Positions 32,657 through 44,308 of a stretch of 52,550 nt of DNA are shown piece by piece. A program made the position numbers and the translations under genes. The DNA is taken from positions 230,225 through 282,774 of the forward strand of contig PDIP01000057.1 in assembly GCA_002811645.1 (NCBI GenBank), given 5' to 3'. The notes below the pieces were generated by a model that saw nothing but the letters and a program-made list of their open reading frames with translations, was not told where the DNA came from and did no database searches. Origin of the DNA: Corallochytrium limacisporum Hawaii (taxonomy: Eukaryota > Protista > Pluriformea). How positions within the stretch are numbered: the stretch's first letter is position 1; every line of letters begins with the position of its first letter.

Positions 32657-35600
32657 GATACAAAGCTACTGGAATCCGTTCCAACACAACTGTCTGTTTC
32701 GTTGAGTCAATGACATATGTGAGCCTTGTTGGCAGGGCATCATTCCCAACACAGTTCAGAACAAGGAAGGACAGAGATATGTGTATACATGTAGAAGAGC
32801 GGTGTACATTGAAATACAAGGATCAGGGAAGTTTGCCCCTATGTGCATGCCAACAAAGTGCCACGGCCCGTGTTTGGGGGGGGGGATCGGGAAAGAATTG
32901 GAAGAGAGCGAAATATATTTTGAATCAATATGCCAAACTGCCCTATGCTAATAATTAGGTTATCAGGTAATAGAATCGCCAACAACCCGCGGATAGCCAT
33001 CCGGACGGTTTTAAAATATAGAAAGTGGTCGGCTTTAACCTTGCACTTCTTTGTGCTTTGCGGGCGTGTGTGCAATGTAGGCGTGCGCCTGCCTAGTCGC
33101 TGGTGCAAGGAATAGGTATCTTCCAACCCTTGGAGATTTCACATCTTGATCGCTTGAAAGCTATAGTCCCCGCGAACCGTCAGTTCCAAAACCACAAGCT
33201 AAACCTGTGGCTACTTGTAGGGATAGTTGAAGTTTTACTCTGCTGTGCCATTGGGCTCCAAAGAAACAGTCACAATGCTCATGGGGCAAGGTCACCCACC
33301 CTTCCGCAAATCATCCGTCGGACTTTCCAAGTCGCACCCATCTGGTACGCGGGTGGGACGCCTGTCCGGCCGAAGAAGTATAAACCTGTTTGAGACAGAA
33401 AGCATCCAGGAGCATGGATTCCGGCTTGAATGGCCTGAAAACAGAACTCATTATACAGTCCACACAGTATGGAAAAAGAGCAACACTTTTGGTATGCACA
33501 TGATTCTGGCGAACTGCAGATAAAGCGGATTTGCTGTGAAAACTGGTGTGACCTGGGCAGCAGCAAAGATAGTAAGGATCGAGATAAAGGGACGACTACT
33601 GTTCGGATCTATCAGACCTATTTATAGGGATCATACCCGGTCAAAAGTTGGTGGCGTCCAAATAACGTGAACGTAATGGTTGTGAATCTACTCGATCTTG
33701 AGTATATATGAGGATACATCTGTAAACTTCGCAGAAAAAGCGAGCAGTTGTGTTCGGACTTAACGCACAAACGGATCGATTCCTGTAGCGCCACCCGCAA
33801 GAAGTCACTGACGCCGGAGGATGTCTAACCCCTCAAACTCTATTTAGTTCTGGTCTATGCGTCATGTCACATAGCGGGACAATGAAGAAAGCTCGCTTAG
33901 CCGTCTAAGTATTCTTATTCGTACGTGGTCTGGGACAAGAAAGTGACAACTCGAGGTCTGTGTGAGGCGCATGCAGAGAGCAGTGTCTGTGTGCATTGAA
34001 TCCGGAGAACATCAGCCGCCTGCAGATACCACGGCAGCTATAGAGGGCACGGGGAAGGCCCGCCAGCGGTTTGGCTCTGCAGATGGGAATAGTAGGAGCT
34101 AAAAAGAGCCGCAGTTGTCGTCATTTTCAATCCATACGTACTTTTTAAGTGTGGACCTCCAAAAAAAAAAACCTAGGCACGAGCCTCTCTTTGAGACCTC
34201 TTCCAACCCTCCCCACCCCTGTCTTTCTCGTTCCGCCTCAGCCCCCCTCAGGTAGGTGTGATCTGATCTCAATCTTGAAGGGTGGTTGGGTAGTTTCTGC
34301 CCGCTCGCAGCCATTTGCACTACTTTTGTCCAAGCGTATTGACTCTATTTGTTCTCAGAGCGGTTTTCATCTATACATTATCTATCAAATGTCTCTCATT
34401 TTGCGAGTCGATGGTGTCGGGGGTGTGGTGCCGAAAAGGGCAAAACACAGAGAATAACTGCCGCTTGGGGGAAGCGGGGCAGTTTATACCGATGGGTGGG
34501 TCCTACAGGGGCGAGGAGCCTCCGAATGGGATCCGTGATTGGTGATCGCTGATTGGCCAAAATGCTGCTCCTTGCATACAGCTCCCTCACGCAGAAGTAG
34601 ACGGGTGAGCTTCACAGAACACGCGCGAAGGGTAGTACAATAAATTCGCATACTGCTATTTGCATGCCATAGGTTAAGTACAGCACAGTGTGATCTCCGT
34701 TCCCTACGGCTCAAGGTACGGTGCATTCGTCGAAGAACATCACAGGGACCACAGCTCAGCAAGAAACACGTTAGGGCGGCCGGGCTGGCGGACTGCGTAG
34801 CCCGTACCCGATTTCTGCAACTACTCCCCCTCCATCTGCATTATTCCAGTATGGAAAACCCATACCTACAAACAATAGTATGGATTCTCGTTCTCGAGTG
34901 CGGAGCACCTTTGTCTGACCGCACTTTTGCCCTCATCAGTTGGGTCACAACCTCGAGGGCCGGGGTCTGTCCACATTGGTATGTCGGTGGGTGGCTTGCA
35001 GCTATGACACGGTAGTGGTATTATGATAGTATGAGGTCCAAACTATCCTCTTGATCGTAGTTTTTCCATTCTGATGCGTCACCCCTTTGTTCCAGCGCGT
35101 TCGCGTGTGTAGCTTTGTTGCCGATAGTTTCGTCTGACGAGTACCAATTCGGCAGATGAGAGGAGGCGGAGCATCGGTGGTTAATGTATGCACATGTGGT
35201 CCACAGAGAAATGAAGGAAAAAAAATTTCGTCTCGGAGGAGTGTGTTTGGCTTGTCGACGACGAAGGAGGGAAGCCAGGCATGACAGTTTGGCAGAGTGC
35301 TGAACAATCACATGAATGAGCGGCGGCGACGAAAGGGCAAAACACGGTGAGCAGAAATCGGGAAGGGGGGAAAGGGGAAAAGGAAGGGTGGGTAGAGTGC
35401 AACCGCGGGGATGGTTGGATATGAGGTAGAATTGTACAGGTTTGTATTGTCCATGACGGTTCATCGAAATGTTCTGTGTATCTGGTACCTTCACCCGCTC
35501 ACGCAGACAGTCATTCAAATCCATGAGGAACGCACCGGCGTTGTTCCTGTGGTTTGAACTCGACCTCCTACTTAAGAAGTAGAATCGTTCACAATCACAC

Positions 35601-35668
35601 ATTCCCCCTGTTTTCCAGTACTGACGACAATTGTGCGCGAAGAAGAAGAGAACTGAATTGAGAATAAT

Positions 35669-36406
35669 ATGCCCAGTGGAATTATCACAGGAGGATCCTC
35701 TGGAGTTGGCCGTGCCATTGCTGAGAGTTTGGGTAAGCTCGCCTGCAATGTCTTTTTGATTGGTCGTTCTGAAGCAGGACTGAAGGAGACTGCATCCTTG
35801 GTGGCAAAGGCTGGTGGTAGTGCCGCATACGCGATTGCTGATGTTGGCAACGATGCCGACATGACACGTGCCATGGAGGCATACAAGGCTCAGTACGGTG
35901 AAGACATTGATTTTCTGGTGGCCAACGCGGGTACTACGACTCCACGGGCACCTATTGAGGAAATTGCCCTCGAAGCCTTTGACCAGGTCATGGCCACAAA
36001 CGTGCGGGGTGTAATGATATCTATACAGAAGGTGCTGCCCCGCATGAAAAAGCAAGACCGTGGCCACATTGTTATTATTGGCTCCATTATGGGACTACGT
36101 ACTATGCCCAATGCTTCTGCCTACTGCATGTCTAAGCATGCTCTGGAGGGTCTGCTGGGATGCACTCGCCACGAACTACAAGGTACTGGGGTCAAGTGCG
36201 GTATTATCAACCCAGCCGCCGTTGATACCCCCTGGTGGCATCGGGACCATTTTGGACCTAATTTCGAGAAGCCCAATGTTCCCATGCTGGCCCCTGAGTC
36301 TGTTGCCGATGCTGTGCTGTACCTGATGCAGCAACATGCCACTGCCAACGTCGAGCGCATTGTTTTGGAGCCAATGCAGCGTCCTATCAGCATTTCTTAC
36401 GGCTAA
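35669..36406 (+). CDS. Classical short-chain dehydrogenase/reductase
   Basis: ITGGSSGVG, ANAG, catalytic S...YCMSK; 245 aa. Confidence 0.9.
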   Translation: MPSGIITGGSSGVGRAIAESLGKLACNVFLIGRSEAGLKETASLVAKAGGSAAYAIADVGNDADMTRAMEAYKAQYGEDIDFLVANAGTTTPRAPIEEIALEAFDQVMATNVRGVMISIQKVLPRMKKQDRGHIVIIGSIMGLRTMPNASAYCMSKHALEGLLGCTRHELQGTGVKCGIINPAAVDTPWWHRDHFGPNFEKPNVPMLAPESVADAVLYLMQQHATANVERIVLEPMQRPISISYG

Positions 36407-36664
36407 GTCACCAATCTGTTATAGCGAAAACTGAAAAAGACATTTATGTGGAGTGACCAAATTAGTAGGTTAGCACACTTCTCATGTCCATCCATCATGA
36501 TTCACATTAATACATATTAGCATATAGCATATAAAAAGCAAATCCATGAACAACGAATATTGAATCTGGTGTACAGTGTGTTAATTTCGAGGGATGTCTA
36601 TGACGAGTCAGCGACTATTCTTTAACTACAATGACTTTCATCTAAATTTCATGATACAGGATGC

Positions 36665-38140
36665 TCAGAAGGCAAAGCGCATGCCATGGCCTCCCATACC
36701 ACCCATACCTCCCATGCCGCCCATGCCCTGCATCTGCATAAACATGGCCATCATATCCTCGTGAGACATGCCGCCAGGGCCCCCAAAGCCTCCCTCGTCT
36801 TCCAAGTCCGCACCAGCATCGTAGCGAGAGCGCTTGTGAGGGTCACTTAGGATTGAATAGGCCTCGTTAATGTCTTTGAACTTTACCTCCGCTTGCTCAC
36901 GCTTCTCATCGTCTCCACACTTGTCCGGATGGTGCACCAGAGCCATCTTACGGTAGGCTTTCTTAAGTGCGTACTCGTCAACGTGCTCCTCTACTCCCAG
37001 GATTTCGTAGTAATTTTTTCGCTTCGACTTTTTCAGCTCAATTTCCGCTTCCCGAATCTTGGCACGCCACTCGCGGTTGGCAGGGTCTTGGTCAGATAGT
37101 TGCTTATAATCCTGTACGGCTTCCTCAAACATTTTCAGCTTCATGTGGATCTGAGCCCTTCGTGCGTACGGTTTCACAAACTCCTTGTCACATTCAAGGG
37201 CATTCTTGACCTCTACAAGTGCATCCTCGTAACGGCTAAGCTGGAACAGGACAGTTGCAATGTTGTTGAAAATGCGCGCGGATTGATACAAGTCCGCCTG
37301 GTCGATGGTCAAGGCCTCCCGATATGCCACAAGAGCATCCTCCAGCTGTCCGTTGCGGAATAAATCGTTACCTTTTTCCTTCGCACTGGTGAGCCGCCTT
37401 GATTTCTTGAGCGCGTCACGTGCCAGCGTCAGATCTGGATCGAGGTTCAGTGCTGTGGTCAGGAACGTGGTGCCCTTATCCCGCATTCCCTGATATAATA
37501 ATGAAATACCTCGCAGTGCAATAGCATAGGAGTTGCGCTGATCCTTCCTGAGGATATCATGCAAGATAGAGTCCGCCTCCGGGAAGTCCCGCTTGCCCAG
37601 ATGTGCTTCGGCGATCGCACAAACAAATGCAGGGGAGTTTGGTGCATGGTCCTGAAGCTGTCTACTGAGCCTAATCACCTCGTCCCAGTTTCTAGCCTCC
37701 TTTGCCATAGATAATGCTTCCGCGTCCCTCATACACCGCCCAATGTTCCTGCTGATCTGTTCAAGTTCGGGGCCCGAAACACCACCCAAGTCAGTGGCCC
37801 GAGTAGCAAGTGCTCTGGCTGCACCAAAGTCTCCGAGCTTTAACTGGCATTTGCAGCCGCGAACGTAGGCCTTGCTGTATGTTGGATCCAAGGAGATGCA
37901 TGTCTGCACGTCGCTCACCGCTTCCTTCAATTGTCCTAACTCACAAAGGGCGGCAGCTCTGTTGTTGTAGATCTTGGCATCACTACCGTCCAGCTGAATT
38001 GCCTCTGTGTACTTTGCAGCGGCAGATCGGAAGTCCCTTTGCTTGAAGAATGTGTTTCCTTCCAAGCGTAAGCTCTCTGCAGTTGCTCCGTTCTCCATGG
38101 ACGGAGGTGGAGTGGGCTGGTCGACTTCCATAGCTAGCAT
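36665..38140 (-). CDS. DNAJC7: DNAJC7/TPR2-type co-chaperone (TPR repeats + C-terminal J domain)
   Basis: Multiple TPRs (RLEGNTFFK, NNRAA, KEKGNDLFR), LKKSKRKNYYEILG, HHPDK, G/M-rich tail. Start uncertain (ATG 38140 or 38131; frame open further upstream). Confidence 0.92.
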   Translation of the reverse strand: MLAMEVDQPTPPPSMENGATAESLRLEGNTFFKQRDFRSAAAKYTEAIQLDGSDAKIYNNRAAALCELGQLKEAVSDVQTCISLDPTYSKAYVRGCKCQLKLGDFGAARALATRATDLGGVSGPELEQISRNIGRCMRDAEALSMAKEARNWDEVIRLSRQLQDHAPNSPAFVCAIAEAHLGKRDFPEADSILHDILRKDQRNSYAIALRGISLLYQGMRDKGTTFLTTALNLDPDLTLARDALKKSRRLTSAKEKGNDLFRNGQLEDALVAYREALTIDQADLYQSARIFNNIATVLFQLSRYEDALVEVKNALECDKEFVKPYARRAQIHMKLKMFEEAVQDYKQLSDQDPANREWRAKIREAEIELKKSKRKNYYEILGVEEHVDEYALKKAYRKMALVHHPDKCGDDEKREQAEVKFKDINEAYSILSDPHKRSRYDAGADLEDEGGFGGPGGMSHEDMMAMFMQMQGMGGMGGMGGMGGHGMRFAF

Positions 38141-38929
38141 ACGAACTAATGAACACTTCTCTAATTTGTCATTACACGTACTTTCGGGGTTCAATGGCAT
38201 GCTCCAACGGGCTACATACTTACTGGGGATTTCTAAGTCACTGCACAAGTACCCTCACGCGGATGGGCTCCTCCGAAAACCTTCCGGAAGCAAAAGTTCC
38301 GGCCGTTAGTCCGGCAATGTGAGAAACCTTCCCTCCCTTCTCTTTGCCTTCTTCCGCCTGGTACTCGCAAGCGACTTCGGGAGGAGGCAGGGACTAATTT
38401 ATGTCGGTACTGTCACTATTGACAAGTGTTCTCCCAGGGTGCGAGCAAACGCGGACCCGGGGAGGCAACGGAAGGGACGCTGCGCGGTCCCATGTGACAG
38501 CAGTAGAGAGGGAGGGAGGAGTGAGCCCCAGGGTTTTTTTTTTTTTTTCTCCCTTTTGGGAGCGAGACGTGGCGGGGCGCGCGTCAGAAAGCGAAAGTGA
38601 GAAGAACGAGGGAGCAGCTTCAGATCTGTGGCAGCTTTTTTGCCGATCTTGCCACCGAGGAGCGAAACGTAGTGTCCCCTGATGTGGGGTTAGTGAGAGT
38701 AAGGCAACGCCATGATGGTTACATATGCGTTGATCACGTGGAAATGCGGTTTGTACTATGTTCTGGTACTTGATTCAAACTTCTTTTTAAGTTGGTACCT
38801 ATGTATATGTGTGGCTGCGCGGGGTCCGCGTAATGGGCAAACTTACATCATCATTATGTGTTGACTCTGAACCGGGAAGATCTGTTCGAGACACGACTCT
38901 CGACACAGACAACAGATCATAGAGAAATT

Positions 38930-40075
38930 ATGCACGCCCTGAGGAAGGCTCGTTCGGAAATGGACGATTTTATGGAGGTGGATGATGGCCCTGAAATCGA
39001 AGAACTCGACAAAGGGACGCAAGAGATGCCCTATGTCTTCACTGGAGCGCAACCTCATAGGGAGCCTCGGGTGGGAGAGTTCTACCGAAGTCCATCAGAG
39101 AATGTGCTCTTTACGTTCGGCTCGCCACAGCGATCGAAACCAAAGCAGAGGACAACCGAAATGGATGAGCTGGCGGTTCCACCAGCCAAACGGAGGAGGA
39201 TCCATGTGGTAGGACCTCGATCTCCAGACCAGAGTGAGCTGGAGATGCTCATCGATGCCAAGATGTGGGACAAGGCTACCGATCTCTGTACGAATCCCAA
39301 GCGTAGCTGCCGAAAATCATCATTCAATGCGCTATTTGCTGCCATGTACTCAACTGGAGCCTATGAGGAGTTGCTGGACACATTGGCGGACCATGCTGAC
39401 CAGTTCGACTTCATGATGTTCGCTAGCAGTTTGCCTGTGCTTTCATTCCCCAGTGATATGGGTGGTGCGATGACTGTTGATGACCTGGTGGCAGATAGTC
39501 ATCGCTTACGAGGCAATCGGGCATACATTGCTGGTGATATAGACACGGCTTTGGAGTGCTATGGAACGGGCCTGGCATCATCTGGACTCCAAAATGCGCT
39601 CATCCGGGCTCGTCTTCATCACAACCGTGCGGCATGCTATGAGAAGAGCGAAAGTCACGTTGACATCATATACGAATGCGACCTGGCTGTGGAACATATG
39701 CGGCAGTATGAGAAGGTATACCGTAAGCGAAGTCATGCAAACGAGGAGACTGGTCGGTTTGACCTCGCAATCAACGACCTCAGGATAGTGATTGAACTGT
39801 GCGCAGCTTCAAGCAAGGATTCGGCTGCGGACCAAAGAAAACTTGCAGATTTACTCAGAACAGAGTACCACTTGGACCAATGCCCGTGGGTTGTCTATGG
39901 ATTCTCCGCCCATAAGATGCCGGCACTCGGGGCCGTAAAGAAGGCGCATCGTCAACTGCTTCTACAATATCATCCTGATAAGTGGCCAACCGGTGATCCG
40001 CGACAGGTGATCGTCACGGACATTACCGTTCGACTGGGCAAATACTGGGAGAAGTGTAAAGAACAAATCCATTAA
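38930..40075 (+). CDS. Divergent TPR + C-terminal J-domain protein
   Basis: TPR block (LRGNRAY...ALECY; ARLHHNRAACY; KVYRKRS) and terminal J-like domain VKKAHRQLLLQYHPDKW. Start uncertain (ATG 38930 or 38960). Confidence 0.75.
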   Translation: MHALRKARSEMDDFMEVDDGPEIEELDKGTQEMPYVFTGAQPHREPRVGEFYRSPSENVLFTFGSPQRSKPKQRTTEMDELAVPPAKRRRIHVVGPRSPDQSELEMLIDAKMWDKATDLCTNPKRSCRKSSFNALFAAMYSTGAYEELLDTLADHADQFDFMMFASSLPVLSFPSDMGGAMTVDDLVADSHRLRGNRAYIAGDIDTALECYGTGLASSGLQNALIRARLHHNRAACYEKSESHVDIIYECDLAVEHMRQYEKVYRKRSHANEETGRFDLAINDLRIVIELCAASSKDSAADQRKLADLLRTEYHLDQCPWVVYGFSAHKMPALGAVKKAHRQLLLQYHPDKWPTGDPRQVIVTDITVRLGKYWEKCKEQIH

Positions 40076-40204
40076 AGAAACTCATGTGAATACTGCACGC
40101 CAGGAAAACAAAGGATCTCTGCATATAGGTTTCATGGGGAAACAAATGTAATGAATTACGAAAAAAATGGATAAGACAGGTAGAAGCCAAATGCCGCATC
40201 GCAC

Positions 40205-40372
40205 CTAGTGCTTGTGGTCGTATTCAGACAGACGGCGAGGAATTGGACGGCCAGCGGCCTTCTCCTGCTCAACCAACTTCTCCATAGAATTGCGGCGAGC
40301 CTGCTGAGATAGAGCATAGTAGCCAGCGCCCGCGGCGGCAGCAGATCCACCGATAACAGCAATAGAATACAT
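40205..40372 (-). CDS. Candidate 55-aa microprotein with N-terminal hydrophobic anchor
   Basis: MYSIAVIGGSAAAAGAGYYALSQQARRNSMEKLVEQEKAAGRPIPRRLSEYDHKH; codon usage (GCT/GCC, CGC/CGT, AAG, GAG, TAC, CAC) resembles the highly expressed genes here. Confidence 0.5.
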   Translation of the reverse strand: MYSIAVIGGSAAAAGAGYYALSQQARRNSMEKLVEQEKAAGRPIPRRLSEYDHKH

Positions 40373-43300
40373 ACTTAAAGGTTTAGGGAAAAAGGGATTG
40401 TTTGCCAACGCTTTCCGCAGATCTAACTCTCATCATTCTCTGTTACCTTATGGAAAATAGATGGAGGACGGCCAATAAATACCTGTCAGTGCAGCCGGGG
40501 AGGCAAACAAGCACACAAGCGGAACATTGGTGTGTATAACGCACACTTCCGCAGTGAGCACCAGTTTGAGAGGCGGGAGAAGACCCGAAGTTGCGCAAGA
40601 GTGGACGGACACAGAAAGACACATAAGATCGGGGTACGCTGGACGTGTACAGACAGGGAGACCTTCGTGACACCGGAACTGCCGTTCGAAGAGCAGTGAC
40701 CTGTGTGCTGAGAGTAACAGCCCGGTGACCGAGGCCACGGGTCCAGATGTTTCGAGCCTTTCCCCACCTTCTCTGCGTGCCTGTGGCTGCCCTGCAGTGC
40801 TCCTCTGCTCCATCTCCGCGCTTGCGGTCATCAACGCAATTTACGAAAGACTGGGATTTCATGGTAATGTATACGAAGAGGACGTATTGCAATGAGTAGA
40901 AAATCCATTAATGAAGTACTAAAATAATTCTGATACGTACCCATAACTGCAGCCGGGACCAATAAATTCTTGTGAGGCTGCGATTTTTGCAGCGACCCCG
41001 CGAGGACACTCACTCACTCTCTCTCTCTCTTTGTCGGTGATGATTCACGGTTAATGAGGTTTAAGCCCTCCTCCTGTTTGCCATTCCTCGGCCGTATCGC
41101 TTCAGAGCGGTTTCTCTTCCTTTCTTGTGTCAGTTCGTTCACTATTGCAATTTGGAACGTATCGGGGAAGCATGGGAAGAACAAGGATTGGCAATCCATC
41201 ACCACTTTTGGACGGTTCGGAACCGTCGGTGGAAGGAGAATCGCGCATCCGGATGGGTGGGTTTGAAAGGTATGCCACTATGCGCAGCGGCAGCGGTTCG
41301 CATTCATTTTCTATGGGCTGAGGTCGTTCTGACTTTGTTTCTGCCGATGAACACCCCCCCTCCCCCGGGGGGGGGGGCAGTGGCGAGCCTCGCCTACAAA
41401 AAAGTTAAAAAAGTTTGGATCATCCGACCCCGTCCCTGCGCAGAAATCGTTGCGATTCTGGAAACCCATACGCAACCCGGCCTGTCCTGGACAAAAGCAT
41501 TTTCTTTGGGAAAACCGGGGAGGGGTTGGTTGGTTTTTGCCCGGTACGCAGCAGCAGGTGGCTGGCTGGCTGGCGCTCCCCCTTTCTCTTTCTTTTGCTT
41601 ATCATGTATAGACGAACAGCCGGAGCCACTGAATGTTTCATATGCAATCGTCACACCGCCCACGTCCAACACTGAAGGAAGTTGAGAAACATTTCGTTGC
41701 ATCCGACCAGTGGGAGACCAAGCGGGATGGACGGTCGGCGACAGGGATGCTCCATTATGTTTACTGAATATATTGGTACACAACCACGGTGCACGCGATG
41801 CGTATGGCACTGTGCATAGGTGGACAAGCTTGCGGGCGTTGTGCGGCTGATCCGTAGGGGAGTGCGGAGGGATCGAAGCATTCTTGCTGCAGAAGTGTGA
41901 AAAAGGATGAATCTCGTGCACCAGTCCTAGATTGCTTTCACATGATAACGACTTGGCAGCGTTTTGATATCTTATGCGTCAAACACATTCTTCTACTGGT
42001 ATGAACATGTTGATTGGCATCGTGCCAAATCTGAGTAGGATCGCAGCAGAGTGAAAGTCTCTACTGAGGTGCGGTACGAACCGCAGAGCGCAAGAAAGGT
42101 AGAGAAAGCATTGCTGGCTGCCCGGCTAAGAAGAACTCGAATAGCCAATGGCTCCCTTTGTTTTCTCGGTACGCACGACAACTACAGGCAGAACACGTAT
42201 AACATTCTGTGTGGAGCCGAGTGTGAACCTAAGAGGAGCGAACAGGAACGTTAGGACTTCCTTCTTTTCGCTCTCCAGGATGCCATATACTTTACTTAAA
42301 GCCTCATGAATTCCCTAAATCGCCCATCGGCCTGAAAGCCCCGTGCAAAACTCCTCGATATTGATTTGGCCATCAAAGGAGGGAAAGATGGGGAGGACTT
42401 GCTCCTCGGGCGGGCATGATGCGGTACCGGATCTGTCGGACGTCCCTGCATTGCCATCCAACAACCAGCAAAAGATGCCCCCAAAGAGACCTGCTATGTG
42501 CACGACCGCGTGTAACCGTGATAAAGTGGGCAAATGAACGCACTGCCACTGAATGTGAAACGGCATCCTCGCACGTTGCGATGGAGTCATTGTAGCGGAA
42601 TAGAAGTCTCATCCGAACCACGAATTGTGGTTGCTCTTCGAATGGATCCTCTCGTAGATGGGAAGATGCTCTTTTGACAGCTACGAGGTTGGGTCGTGGA
42701 CGAGGCCACAGTAGATGGTTTAGCAATTGTCCTGCCACTGATCTGGGGGAACACTGATCCAACAAAACCGACCTTCAGAATGTATGTATCGTTTGACTCA
42801 CAGCGCAATGAAGGTGAGACAGCACAATATTTCACTGTCTCTGACAGTACCGGACAAAGGACCTATGTGGGGGACAATGCTCACCCCGCCCACAAGACAC
42901 TGGTATACAACGCAGCGCTCGGGTGACTATGCGGGGAGAGCAGGCCAATAAGGTGGGTATTTCGGAAGACTTCATGTGTACAGAGCAAATCCTACCAGGA
43001 GGAATGCGCTCCATTGCCCCTAGGAGTACTGTGCGATACCCTTAGAGGAAAGTTTCTACTTGCATAGATGGGAGGCCCCATTGCGACCCGCTCCAGCAGA
43101 CTTCTATCCCGCAGTCTGAGGCAATGCCAGGGAACTGAACAGCGCCCCGCTGCTGAGAGCAATGATACAGGACACGTACTAATTCACGAATGGATCACTA
43201 TGATATGATGATGTTCAAAAACATCTTGCATAGGAAGCAACCTATACGAGCGACCAGGCAACCGCCAAATGCAAGATCAATTAATCATCCACGCGCATAT

Positions 43301-43816
43301 CCACTGTACATGTCATCTCCTATTCTTTGGTTGTGTGGTCAATCCGTTCGCGTGCAAATGTCTGAGATCTATCCATAAGATGTGACCGGAAGCGCCCGTT
43401 ACGATTGTCCATGCAGTCCATGTGTTCGATGAGGAGCTTCACTTTGTTGGAGAAGAAATGTTACACGTAAAAGGGCTGTTTGCGTTCAGAGTCGCTCCGG
43501 CCTTGTACTGTAGCCGATCTTTGTTCAGACCGGCCCTCCTGCCTGTGGGCGACTTGGTCTGTCCAGCGCTGTCACGGTCACTGCCCCACTGAAACAAAGG
43601 AGGCGTGGTTACCCAGGTCGGTGTAAATTCGAAAAAATAACTTATTAGGTTTTCAGTTATTATAGTTTCACCTCAAATGAGCTGCTTTTCAAGTTTGCGG
43701 CTGTACATGGTCGACACAGTATGATGACTAGAGTAAGCTATGTAATGGATCGGAAAGTATGCTAATGCTCGATATGTCGAATGGCAGATTTTGAAATAAC
43801 ACAACGTGTACACGAC

Positions 43817-44308
43817 TTAGTTGAGTTCCATGCTATCCTTGGCCTGGCGCTTGGCAGCTTCTGCCATTGTCTGGTCCAGAATCTTCTCTTGCTCTGTAGG
43901 TGCCGTAAGTAGGTCAATGTGCTTTTGAACCTCCCGAATATTGTCTTCCTTATCTTTAAGCTTGCCCTGTAGCAGACGCTCCTTCACAAAGTGGCGCTCA
44001 CGCTTCTCACGAATCTCTGAAACCCGCTTAACAGCCTTGACAGTGGATTCCCACAACTCTCGGTCATAGCGCACAGGCACGTTGCGGCGCTTCTCAAACT
44101 CAAAGGTAGAGTCTACCACAAGCTCTTTGCCTGCCGCTTTGCGGAATGCCTTGGTCCAGCGCACCTTCCGGGGATTACGCTTCATCTTGAAGGCTTTGTG
44201 ACACTTTCTACGGCAGAAACGGAACATCTTGCTATCATTGCGAACAAAGCAGATACCGTGCCCGGGGTAGATTGTGCTCGAGCAGAAGTAGCACTTCTCT
44301 AGACGCAT
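43817..44308 (-). CDS. RSL24D1: Ribosome biogenesis protein RLP24
   Basis: [25 protein letters not shown]...[33 protein letters not shown]. Confidence 0.96.
   Translation of the reverse strand: MRLEKCYFCSSTIYPGHGICFVRNDSKMFRFCRRKCHKAFKMKRNPRKVRWTKAFRKAAGKELVVDSTFEFEKRRNVPVRYDRELWESTVKAVKRVSEIREKRERHFVKERLLQGKLKDKEDNIREVQKHIDLLTAPTEQEKILDQTMAEAAKRQAKDSMELN

Noticed and set aside
35021-36067. 348-aa minus ORF overlapping the SDR
   Set aside because: Antisense shadow running into low-complexity intergenic DNA; no domain features.
42675-42677. In-frame TGA as possible selenocysteine or recoding
   Set aside because: No redox-motif context, no SECIS seen, and TGA is a normal stop in neighbouring genes (e.g. 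ATP synthase alpha).
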